A model generated the notes under the pieces. The model searched no databases and was not told the DNA's origin. It worked only from the letters and a program-made list of their open reading frames with translations. From contig JAPETS010000021.1 of assembly GCA_026023565.1 (NCBI GenBank), positions 434,001 through 498,000 of the forward strand: DNA of 64,000 nt, given 5' to 3'. This DNA comes from Cirrosporium novae-zelandiae (taxonomy: Eukaryota). Position 1 is the first letter of the stretch. The number at the start of each line of letters is the position of its first letter. Positions 25,857 through 38,300 of the stretch are shown here, piece by piece. Made by a program: the position numbers and the translations under genes.

Positions 25857-27026
25857 ATGGCTGTTTCCTCTATCCAAGACCGCACCGTCGAATTCCGTTC
25901 CATCCTCTCACAAGCCCAAAAGCGCCAATCCTCCAACAAAACTCTCGCGCAACGGCAGTCCCTCCTCTCTGAATCCAAAAAACGCGAAGTTAATGGCCAT
26001 GCCACAAATCCTCGGTCCGCGCGTTCGGAATTTGCTCGTGAAGCTGCAAAGATTGGTCGCGGTATCGCCAGCGCAGTAACAAAGTTAGAACGACTAGCTG
26101 AGCTCGCAAGACGGAAGACGTTGTTTGATGATCGACCGACGGAGATCAACGAATTGACGTTCGTGATTAAGCAGGATTTGGTCAGCTTGAATGGCCAAAT
26201 TAGTACATTAGAAGCGATTACGAAGGCACAACATCCAGGAGGGAGCAAAGGGAAGGACCACCAGATTGGCCTACATAATGAGAATGTGAGTTCCGATACA
26301 ATTTAATCGTCCTTTCAAAGGCCCGGTAATTCTAATGGAGCATATGATAGGTCTGTAAACTCCTCCAGGGTAAACTTGCCGACGTATCCCTCAACTTCAA
26401 AGAAGTACTGGAAGTCCGCTCCAAAAACGTTGCTTCCACCCGCCAAAGAACCGACCAGTTTATCTCCTCCGTCTCTTCTCAGGCTGCTAAATCTAATGCC
26501 TTTGCACCCCGCTCTGACTCTCCCTTATACGCGAACAATTCACAGAACGCTCAAGTGAATGGCTTTAGAGGACATTCTGCAAACCCGGATCTATTAACAT
26601 TGGACGCGCCCTCAAATTCTGCCTCACCGTTTGCGGGGCAATCTTCACATGAACAGCTTTTGATGATGGAAGAAGCATCACCCCAGAACTCATATATCCA
26701 ACAAAGAGGGGAAGCAATCGAAATGATTGAACGCACAATCAATGAGCTGGGAAGTATATTCGGCCAGCTTGCAGGCATGGTGAGCGAGCAAGGAGAAATG
26801 ATCCAACGGATTGATGCGAATACTGAAGATGTGGTCGATAACGTGGAAGGCGCGGAAAGAGAACTGATGAGGTATTGGGGACGAGTGAAAGGGAATCGAT
26901 GGTTGGTTGCCAAGATGTTTGGAGTTCTGATGGTATGCCCGATATTCTTGCCAATATACTCGAGATGGAAAGATGCTAACTCGTGAATAGATATTTTTCA
27001 TTCTTTGGGTTATGGTGTCAGGCTAA
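25857..27026 (+). CDS. SED5: cis-Golgi t-SNARE syntaxin-5
   Basis: N-terminal IQDRTVEF Sly1-binding peptide, Habc region LFDDRPTEINELTFVIKQDL, SNARE motif IERTINELGSIFGQLAGMVSEQGEMIQRIDANTEDV and a C-terminal TM anchor. Introns 26287-26350 and 26933-26990. Confidence 0.96.
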
Positions 27027-27947
27027 TCCAAGGCCTTGGCGTTTCTAGCTCTCATCCTCTTCGGATGTTTATCAAACTTCTTGCAGGGATGGAAATAAAG
27101 TCTTTGTTTGACGGGTTTGGATGACTGCACTGCATTAGATCACTGTGCGTACGCTTTATGGAGTACAGCAGGACTGTATGATGAAGCACGGGCACGATTG
27201 TTGAAAATTACCCTATTTAATACTAAAACGCACCTACCGGAAGATCTACATAGTTCTTGTAAATAATATACCCATCTGTTCTAATAGGCCGTTATCACGG
27301 TAGGGGTGACTTATGGTGTGGATATGAACTTAATAAGGGGTACTTGGTAATTATATCTTTGTCGCCTATTTTAGACATGATGGCTGGATTACGGGTGATG
27401 GGATACTATATATCTTGTATTTAACTGGCTGAGGAACTATCTTAAGATGACGGCATAAAGTGCATGTACTCTGTAATGAGGAGTCTGATTCACGCTAAGA
27501 CGTGAAACACTGCAATAGGAAAATAAGGGCAAGCAAGGATTATTATTAGGAGTTCCTTAAGCAACTCAAAAATGACGAACTATATACATAATGTATACTG
27601 GGCTGATATTGAGCCGTTCGGAGTCAAATCTCCTACATTTCTTAGAAAGACATTCAAATCCCCCTCAATTGTCTTCATCCCGTCTCCCAACCTTGGACCA
27701 GTAGGAATCAAGCATGCCGCTCTGGGGGATTACTTGGAGTCGATCCGACATGGAGGGGCATCGTGCATCGTGACACTTTCCTGAAGAACCACGGTGCCCA
27801 AACTGGGGTCCCATCATCTTTTCATCCATTTTCTCTCTCTAATGATCTGTTTTCTGTTGATCTAATTAACTTAATTTTGCATTTCTTACTGTACACTCTA
27901 AACAATCTCCTTACTATTTCTTCCAAAACTCTTCCCCACAAGCCAAG

Positions 27948-29247
27948 ATGTTGACCTCTTGGCCTTCAGCTCTTCAGAAGCTTTCTGCCAGCCGTATGCC
28001 GTCACTGACGAAGCGTACTGCTACAATCCGAAGATTGAAGACCCTTCCAGCTTTCTCCTTGGAGGGGAAAACATGCGTTGGTATACACTCCTTGGTCCAA
28101 TATATTAGTCCTTCTTGCCTGATTCTGTATTTAGTAACTGGGTGAATACCCATAATCCTTACTATCCCTCATAATGCTGCTGGAACCCTCTTCGTGCATT
28201 ATAACATTAACTATTTCAAAGAGCAGGAAGGGGACTCGGGAAAGAATTCCTGACTGCCTTTGCACTCTCTGGCGCCAAAGGGTATGTTGCTATCTTCAAA
28301 CATTTTCATTTCTACGCATACATTGTGGAATTAATACGCATTGGGCACTGGACCTTGCTAACTATGGTTTGAAGCGCCTGTGTTGACCGTGATATTGCCT
28401 CGGCTGAAGGTTCTATAAAGCACATTACTGCACATGTTGCCGAGCAGTGGAAGGAAACCTATCCAAATGATTCCTTGCCTTTACTAAGGCCATATGGCTG
28501 CGACGTCGCTGTTGAAGCTGATGTGAAGGAAACATGGAAAAGAATCGTTCAGGATTTTGGAAAGATAGATTGTCTGGTCACCGCAGCTGGCATCGTAGAC
28601 AATGTCGCCGCAGAGGAGTATGACTATAATCGATGGAGAAAGATGTTTGATATCAATCTACACGGCTCTTGGCTGTTTGCACAGGAAGCTGGCAAGCATA
28701 TGTTGCAACAGGATCAAGGCAGAATTAAAGGGACCATTACCTTTATTTCTTCCATGTCTGGAACCATCTGCGTGCGGCCGCAAAAGCAGGCAGCGTACAA
28801 TGCTGTTCGTCTGAAATTTCATAATATATCGATGTTGGAATCGACGCTAATCAGCTGTAGTCGAAAGCCGCGGTTACTCAGATGATGCGATCATTAGCCA
28901 CTGAGTAAGCAAGCATATCTAGAATGTGAACAAGAGTAACTAATTTTCCTAGGTGGGGACCGCAAGGGGTTCGCGTCAACTCCCTCAGTCCAGGATATAT
29001 GCTCACAGACCTGATAAAGGAGCTGTTGCAAAAAGAAGGTCCAGAGAAAATAGAGCAATGGAAGCGTGACATTCCTTTGGGGAATTTAGCTCACCCCAGT
29101 GAGCTCCAAGGCGCGATCGTTTGGATGGCTTCTGATGCTGCTAGTTACCTTAATGGCAGCGATGTTGTATGTCAAACTAAGACGGCATTATTTCTCGTGA
29201 TTGCTAATATTTTATAGGTAGTTGATGGTGGCTACACATGCTGGTAA
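27948..29247 (+). CDS. Short-chain dehydrogenase/reductase, D-arabinitol 2-dehydrogenase/sorbose reductase-like (7 exons)
   Basis: Spliced VVTGAGRGLG (TGxxxGxG), LVTAAGI, ISSMSG, YNASK (YxxxK), RVNSLSPGY and VVDGGYTCW*. Includes a 7-nt microexon at 28135-28141. Confidence 0.9.
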
Positions 29248-29620
29248 ACTCCTATGTTCCGCCCTTTGTTGAAGTCGGGCTATGTGTATGTTAGGAGTAC
29301 TATGATATCTCTTCGAGGGAACTTGTCAAACTTGGAACGAATAGCGTGTAGCCTAGGCAGATAAATTCCCATTAGCTGTTGTAGGATTAAATGGAAGTAG
29401 GCAAATATGACTATTTAGGTGTGCCAATATCCTAGGGCCTTGCCACAATTGAATGTTAACATGAGCAGCTTCAGCGGTAGACAATCAACATTTTCTGTCG
29501 TCACGCGACTATAAATTCATGTCTTTCTCCTTCTGGCACCCAATAATTTGTCTACTTCTTTTCCTCTGTGCCAGACTTCTGAGAAAAATTCACTTTGCCC
29601 TCGTTGCAATACTTGACATC

Positions 29621-31533
29621 ATGTCCCATCCAGAGTGTGCTGGCCTGGCCGGGATCCCTAAATCTTCTAAGAACAGGGTGAAACCTCAAGTATCTATGAG
29701 AGATTTATCTTTCCGTGGCTCTTCCAAACCAGATGATCAAACATCAATTACTTCTTCTCATCGTCTTCAAACCCATGTCCCTCCTATTAAAGAGACTAAT
29801 CAAGCTCTCGTCAACACTACACAATCTCATAAGCCAAGTAAACACTACTTTCTCAAATGTCTCTTTTTGATGTAAGCTAACCGTTTGTTTAAGATCAACC
29901 TGAGCTGGACTCTCAAGTCAAACCTCAGACTGTACTCAAGACAAAGACGGAGCCTATTACTCAGCCTAAGTCTCAGTCTGAGTCTAAGCCTGAATCTAAA
30001 CTTAAGCCCCAGCTTGAGCAGCGGTCTCAACCTGTCATGGAAAATAAAAACGTTGAAAAATATTTTCACGATGCTGAGTCACATACACCTCCTCATCGTC
30101 GAACCCCGAGCACAAACGCTGCTATCAAGGTAGAGAGAGAGCGTTTGGAAGCTTCTCATCGTATTGATAATGGTTCCCCCCTTCCGCGTAATCTCAAGGA
30201 GAACCGACTTTTCACGGCAGGACTAGATTCAGGGAATATCCCAGCTCCTTCCATTGCAAAAGCTACTGCAGTTTCTGCTCCAGCATCCTCCACTGCCTCT
30301 ACTTCTCCAAAGAAAATGCAGGGCAAGACCGAAAAAACAACCGGAGGAAACCGCGGCCACCTTCGAGAAATTTCGAGGCCTTCAGGTAAACAAGACTCCA
30401 AAGATGAAAGTTTTGCTTGCTCTCGTCCTGGCTCTGATATGTTGTTCCTATCTCAGCAGCAGACATCTTTGAAGGCTGCGAATGCAAACACTTGGTTCTC
30501 TGGAAACAATAGCACGCTAGAAGAGCCAATTGCCTCCCTAGGGCCAGATAGTAGGAGTATTTCCCCTATGACTATCCGTATGGAAGCAAAGCCTGAAAGA
30601 GAAGGTCTTATTTTCAAATGTCCTGAGCCTCTGCTGATTGATACGGCATCCACGGAAATGGACCACTCTGCTGAGTGCTTTACTCCCCTGAAGCCTAATT
30701 CTGCCCGGCGACATATCACAATTAATAAGCCAGACAGGACCAACACTAATCATCACCACGACCAACAAGCTAATCCACAGCCGAACCCCCCAGTAATATC
30801 AGAGCCAGCCACCCCTGTACTGGCATCAAAAGAAACTTCTAAAGAGGTGGCAGCACCCAATCTAGAGATTAGCAGCATGTCTAACACTCCCACCCGGCAA
30901 CCTGGAACAGCTACCCAGGACCTAGATACACTGGTCGCATTAGCAAAGGACCTAGTGCTGGAAGAGCGCGCAAAGCAACTGTGTGAAGCTCTTCGAAGCC
31001 GAAGTTCACCAATCTATCCCGAGCGATCGGATTCTATCGATCAAGAGTCAGCCTATACAACTTCTGTGGACCCACAACGTCAAACTGAATGGGGTTATAA
31101 CAGTCAGCTTCAGGTTACACTCCCACTCCGTTCAAGCTCTCGACAGAACATACAGGAACCCGACCGCCGTCAGCTTCGACTTGTAAATGTCAATCAGGGA
31201 TTCACTCGTAACTTGATTGCTTCTCTTGCAGATGCAATCATTTTTGTATCTTGTCCAGGAAAGTCATACCATCAAGCGGTTGCTCTCGAGGGGTTGGCAT
31301 GTTTCGAAGATGTTAGAATGCAAGCTTTGAGGACTTGGGGCCTCGCTGTAGGGCAATGGATGAGATATGGCACGCTTGTTTGGGAGTATGAAGTGGCTGG
31401 AAGAAAGATAGAGATCTCTCTGGCTAATGGCACAGCTTGGGAAATGGTTGCACAGGATGTCGAAAAAAAGGCCGCAGCTGGAATGTTTGAGGACCAGCCA
31501 GTGATCATAGTAAAGTTGCTCCTAGACTATTGA
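29621..31533 (+). CDS. Uncharacterised, mostly disordered protein with a Q/P/K/S-rich repeat and a small predicted globular C-terminus
   Basis: ATG at 29621 and intron 29838-29893 (GTAAAC...GCTAAC...AAG) join in frame to the 30037..31533 ORF. No family recognised. Confidence 0.65.
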
Positions 31534-32219
31534 AAGATGGTTTCTTTAAGGATTGAACAACCACATTATCCGTTAATTCATATATTAACTGGGGCTTGCT
31601 TCTAGGCGTATCAGATTCATGGCCAGGGAAAAGGCAATACAGTCAATGGTTGATTTCATGATGACGGAGGTTGATTCTGGGAGTGCTGCCTTAAGTACTC
31701 AAGTTGGACGGTTGTTTGAACGGATTGAGCTCTGTCATCAACTTCAGAATGTGGGTAGCGGTAGGCTGACCTTTTCAGCGTATTGACTAGGCAGATGTTA
31801 TATTCAAGGGAGGCGCGACGACGTCTTCTTGGGATAAAATAAAACTTCCATGAAAAGATAACTCTTGTTACTTTTTGTCACTAGCTAGTAGCTAATTGCA
31901 TCGCCTCGACCAAGGGGATTTTTTGTGTCCCTGTAGTATAATACTTTACTCAAATGACTGTGTAGCAATGATTAAATACTTATCCTGTAGTAGCTGGTAT
32001 AACATTACGGTATCGTTAGCGCCGTTCGGCTGAAAGTTTACTGGAAATACGTTTTACATGTTTCCGTCGCCGAACTTCTCGGTATTCGGGGAATCGATGT
32101 CATCATTGATCGAAAGAATAAGAATCACAAGAAAGGATAGAACAACCAACAGCCCAAGATGAAGGGCAAGAGATTAATCAAACTCCTCTCTCTATAACCT
32201 TATTAGGTTTTTCCCTATC

Positions 32220-34300
32220 ATGTTTCAAAATATGGTTTATAGCCCTAGGCTTTGCTCAAGGTGTCTGGGACAATTACGACTGCAACCAAAAGCAACGAGG
32301 ACTGTTCAACGAGCAAAACCCCATCTTACGAGATATCTCCAAACACAGAGATTCGGGGCCTTTGCCCCCCCTTCTCCCGAATCCCTCGGGAAAGCTGCTC
32401 CTCCAAAAGAGTACCGAAAGACTAGAAGACTTCTTCGCATATTGTCCTACCTTATCGCCAGCTCGGGCCTTGTGTACATCCTCGATAGGCAATTCAATGA
32501 ATCTTCCATAACCCGCAGTGCACGAACGTTCAAGGTTGGTGCAATTGTCGCACTCGACTACAAAATAAATTTTCGAAAGAATCCTCTCTTTGCGAACTCG
32601 CTGGCCGAAGTGCACGCCCGAAATGCGGAACGGGTGTTTGATCTTCTCAGAGTCAATGGAGGTTTATATCTCAAGATCGGGCAGGCCATTGCCATGCAGT
32701 CCGCGATATTGCCACCGGCATTTCAGAGAATGTTTGCAAAAATGTTTGACGATGCACCGCAGAACGAGTGGAAAGCGGTTGAGAGAGTGATAAAGGCCGA
32801 GTTTGGGAAAGATGTACAACAGGTGTTTGGGGTTAGCTTTGACGGGAATCCGGAATTTGGGGTTATAGAGAAGACTGCTAGAGCAAGTGCAAGTGTTGCG
32901 CAAGTGCATTGGGCTCGTTTGAAGGATGGTCGAGAAGTCGCAATTAAGATCCAGAAAAAAGAGATTGCTAGGCAGCTAGACTGGGATTTATGGGCGTTCA
33001 AGTGAGTGAGTTCTCTTTGGAAATTTCCTTGAAACATTACTGACTGCTTAGGGTTGTTACTTACATATACACTAAATGGTTTGACCTTCCTCTGTATAGT
33101 CTTGTACCATATGTTGCAGAACGTCTATCACTGGAAACGGACTTTGAGAATGAAGCAAACAATTCAGAACGCATGAAGGCTTTCATCGCTAACGAACCAC
33201 GATTACGAGATCGGGTTTATATACCAAAGATATATAAGGAATTGAGTTCTAAACGTGTCATGACGGCAGAATGGATAGAGGGTGTCCGGCTATGGGATAA
33301 AAAATCTTTGACAAATCCATGGAGGGGGCGTGGAGGGGAAGGTAGCCCTGGGTATCACGGAACCCCATTCTCTGCTCCAAAGGGAGCCCAAAACAGCATC
33401 CCAACCTCCGTCCCCAAAGCTCACAGCTCCAGCCCGAACCTAAAACCCGAACGCGAATGGTGGAAAGGGAGGGACAGAAAAGGAGGCCTAGGCCTCTCCC
33501 TCCAAGACGTCATGACAACAATGGTGGACCTCTTCTCAGCGCAAATGTTCCTCTGGGGCTTCGTTCACTGCGACCCGCACCCAGGAAACATTCTCATCCG
33601 CCGAAAACCGCACGGCCATGCGGAACTCGTCCTCATTGATCACGGTCTCTACATAACCATGTCCCCAAAATTCCGCCACGAATACTCCCTCTTCTGGAAG
33701 AGCCTCCTAACCTTCGACAACAAAACCCTCTCCTCCATCTCCAAAGCCTGGGGCATCAAAAACGCAGACATATTCGCTTCGGCCACGCTCATGCGCCCGT
33801 ACACAGGAGGCGACCAATTCACCTCTCAAGAACTGAAAAAAGGCCTCCACCTCTCCTCAAATCCCACCACCAAAAAACAACAAGAACAAGAACTCGCCTA
33901 CAATCTCCAACGCAAGTTCAAAAAAGCCATCCGCGAAATGCTCTCGGACGAAACCCTCTGGCCCCACGAACTCCTCTTCATCGGCCGCAACCTCCGCATC
34001 GTCCAGGGAAACAACCAGTTCCTCGGCTCCCCCGTAAACCGCATCAAGATCACAGGGAACTGGGCTTCCCGCGCCCTCGCCGAGTCACCCGATCTCAGCT
34101 TCAGGGAACGCTTGGGAAATTATGGGAAGCACATCGTGTTTAAATTGGTGCTGTTTGGGAGCGATGTGGTGTTCTGGATCAGCTGGGTCAAACAGATTTT
34201 GGGGGTGGGCGGTGGGATGGAGGATGAGATTGAGAAGCAGATGAAGGTGGTGCTTAGGGAATTGGGTGTGGAGACTAATCATGGGATTTTTGATGGATGA
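32220..34300 (+). CDS. ABC1/ADCK (UbiB-family) atypical kinase, mitochondrial, Mcp2/Cqd2/ADCK1-like
   Basis: Basic presequence-like N-terminus; NGGLYLKIGQ (KxGQ), ASASVAQVH, VAIKIQ, ETDFENEA, HCDPHPGN and LIDHG motifs. Intron 33002-33051. Confidence 0.93.
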
Positions 34301-35322
34301 ATTCATTGTTTAAAAATGATGTTCTTACATATTTAAAAAAGTTTTAACAAATAAATGTATTTATATCTTGTATGCCATGCCACATCCTATACATGCCGCC
34401 CGCCATATTAATCAATTGCTATAACCACACACACACACGCACACACAAAAAACATAGACTACCAAAAAACTAAGGAATAGATTTATAATATCCAACTACA
34501 TGTGAGTATTTTAATTAGAATTTAAGAATTAGAATAGTCTAACTAAATTAAATGATTTTTAAATATCCCAATCATCTAAGAAAAAAAGAAGAATTGATGA
34601 TGATGACAATAATAATGATGATGCAACTTGTAATTCTAATTTTATAATATACGTATATATAGTATGTATAGTACATAACTAGATATTTACCCCCCCCTCC
34701 AAACAAACAAACAAAACGCACTCGTACACCATACCATACCAAACTCAGTACAAAAATAAATTAAATTAAATTAAAATGTACAAAACATCTCTCCCCTTCC
34801 TTCATTCATCAATCCATTGGTCCTAATCACCACCACCCCTCCCAGATAAAAAAAAAGACTCAAATCCCTTAAATCCTATTTAACCTTCTGTGTACTTATA
34901 TACATACCTATATGTATGTATGTGTGTTTGTTTGTTTGGGTATGTGTATATATACATTAAGTCCCTTGTAAAATATAAACTTTAAATTAGGAATAAAAAA
35001 TAAGGGGGGTTGAGTTGGGTGTTGGGTGTTTGGGGAGGGGGGTATTTGGAAAACAATTAAAATTTGAATGGATTGAAAGAAAAAAATCAAGGAAGAAAGG
35101 AAGGAAGGAATATTTGCATGGATATGTAAGATAGAATAATCAAAAAGTCCCAACCATCTAAATATAAACATAAAACAATAAACAATAAACAAGATGAATA
35201 CATATTTTCAACTTGCAGCTTGCAACTTACAACATATGGATGCGTGCGTGCACATATATATATATATATTACCAGACTATCCACCATGTGTCATCATCCA
35301 CATCAACGGTACGTAATTCCTC

Positions 35323-38300
35323 CTACTCAGCCTCCCAATGATTTATACCCCGCGGCACCCACTCCTGTCCTGGATAAGCAGTAGGACTCATGATTATTTC
35401 TTCACTGCTGTCATCTCTGCGTAGCCGATCATCCCGCGCATCGAGCTCGACTGGCTGGGCGGTTACGGATTTAATATGAAATTGGGGGTTTTGGGGACCA
35501 TTCTCTAAAGATTGTGGTTGTGGGGTAGCTTGCCTCTCGTGAATATCTTGAGGCTGTTGGTCCTGTGATTGTGGTTGTGGTGTCGTTCCTTCGGTTCCAA
35601 TTTGAAAGGGAGATGGGCTTCGAGAATGGGATGGGGGGATTTGGACCTTTAGAGAGGGGTGGGGGCTAGAATTCGCATGATCTTGTTGTTTTTGGTATTG
35701 TTGTTGATATGACAAAAGAATTTTGGGTGGAGGTGGTGGGGGCAGATCCATCGCCTGGGGATTGACGGGGGATGTAACTCGTGGAGAGTTTGGAAGAGGA
35801 TAGTCCGACGGGTCATGTACTATTCGGGAGGGTGGGGTCTGTGAGGTTCGGGGATCCTCATAATTTCGAGCTTGAGGTCGATTGGTTCTCCGTACGTCTT
35901 CATCTGAAGCTTGTAAACCTGGAAGGCTGAGGCTCCAAGGTCGTTCTTGGCGAGATTGTTCTTCAAGAGGCATCCCACTAAGGCCAAATGTTCCTAGGTT
36001 CTGGGCTGGAACCGGTTGGATAGAGACTCCATTGTCAGAGAACTGTGGTGCATTTTCAAGCGGGGTGCGGTACCGTGTTGGATTATGATAGCGATAATCT
36101 AGACGAGGGCTTGATGGTAAAAACTGCGTGCTGTGATGTCTACCTCTGGGCGAGGACGTTGGTATACGAGCCGAATCATGGCCGGCTTGGGTGCTGTGAT
36201 CATTTATATTTGGAGAATGATAGGTTGTTTGGTTGTGAGGACGCTGAAGTCGAGGGTCATACCCGTAACCTCCCTCAAATTGGTGCGGTGGTGGAGCGCT
36301 AGAATCAACATGACCTTCTTGTACGATATGCCTATGTTTTGCTCGTGCAACACGCTCCTCCGAGAGACGGCGGCCGCCTATGAAGGCGTTCGGGTCTGGT
36401 ATAGATCTGTCAGGCGCATAATAGCCATCTGGAGGTGGGGGTTGGCCCTGTACCAATTGTCCAGACGACCAGGGCCCTGGAGGAAAATACGATTGTTCTT
36501 CATCGATAGGAGTGGGAATAGGGTTCGGTAACTCGGGTGGACGAGAAGGTTCGGAATGTGAATTGAGAGGGCTTTTACTTAGACGACCGCTTATGCTTGG
36601 CCGCCCAAAGAGACCCTAAATTTTACTTAGTCTAGCAGAAATCATTTATCAGAAACACTTACACCTAAATTATGAAATCTCTTCTTTTTTGCCTCGTCGG
36701 GAATCGAAGACGTGGAGGCAGAAGAACGATGCAACCTGTTCCTAATGCGCTTATCTCCCTTTAGCTTAGAATCCTTGCGGGTAGGATCTCCATTTGGTCT
36801 TTCATTCGATACAATTAGTCGTGTTTGACTGCGGTGAAGGTCATGACTCTGCTCTGTAGCTTTAGGGGTAATGCTCTCAGAACTGCGACCCTCACCTATG
36901 CTATTAGCTGCATTATTACTACCTGCAGACCAGAGTATGCTGGACCTTTTGGTTAGCTTCTGGAGTCTATCTTTGGAATTCCGAGGTGAAGCATTAGATC
37001 CGGAAGCAGCACCTGCTTCTGCAGCAACAACATCAATATTCGCGGCAGAATTTTTGCGTATGCGAAAAAAGCCAGTACTGCGTTTGGCTGTCTGGAATGT
37101 TTGATCTGAGAGAGGGCGGCTAGTACTAGAAATGTGGTCCTCTTTTGGATGGTGTTGAGAAGATGAATCCAGCGCACTACTATGTGGTGGATTGTAGTAA
37201 TTTAACGGATGGCTATTCTGGGTTTCAGCCTGTGAAATAGCCACTATAGAGTTATTATTATTATCATCGGTTGATGGTTCAGGATTACCAGGAGTAATAT
37301 GCTGAGAAGGATGATCCCTAGTTGAAGGGTCCCCAACCTCGGGTGAGGGATCTCGGGATACTTGCTCGTCTCCCCGCATTGGTGATACTTCCCTAGACTT
37401 TAAGTAGGATGTTTGCTGCTGAGAGATCTCAGACGGTGCTGGAGACAGTCTTGATTGTTCGGGCACAGGGGTAGAGGACTCGACTAGCTGTAAAGACGAT
37501 TTTCGAATAGCTTGCTCATTTTGGAGTAGCGATGGATTATTAGGATCTGTAGATATATCTTCTGTGCTATTAGGTTCATCGGAGTCTGCCCATACCCGCA
37601 CAGAAGGCTCTGTGGTTGGTTTAGCAGACTCAGTCAGTTCCGTAGAATTACCTTGAATAATAGGGCCCTCTTCAGTTGTAGATGGACCTGGCAGATTCCC
37701 TGCCACGTCTTTTGACGCCTCCGGGGTTGTATCTTCCCCGTCACGTCTTACGGTTTCCAATAAATAAGAATTGAGTGGATGTTCGACTTCTGTCTTGTGG
37801 GGTAAAAGAACGCGGGAGAGTCGGGAAGCGGAAGAAGCAAGTCGTTCTTTGGGGGAAAGAGGACCTCCCCCTTGCTTGGGCGGGGAAGCCGGAGAAACCT
37901 GTGAATTTCAAAAAATTAATTAATTACAGTACTCTCCGCCGCTCATTCCACGCAAGAGTGGAGAAGGATAAAAGAATGAAATTATGCGCATTCCGTGTCT
38001 TGCTGATAACACTACATAACTGCGGCCAAAAGGGGCTCAGGTTGTCATTATACGCCAACGAGAGATTAAGTATCTACCTTTTCTGTATTGCCGCTACCTC
38101 TAAACCTGGCCTTCCCCTTTGAGAAAAGGCCCTTCGCCTTGGTATTAGCCTTTCCTCCAAAAATCCCTGCAGTATGTAGCAAATCCTTCCCCTTCGCTTG
38201 GGCTTGGACTTGCAGGCTTGTTAATCTTACAACCCCAATCGGAGGATTCTGAGAAGAGCCCGAAGTAGTTCTGTTTGCATCTGTCGATGCTTCTCCGAGA

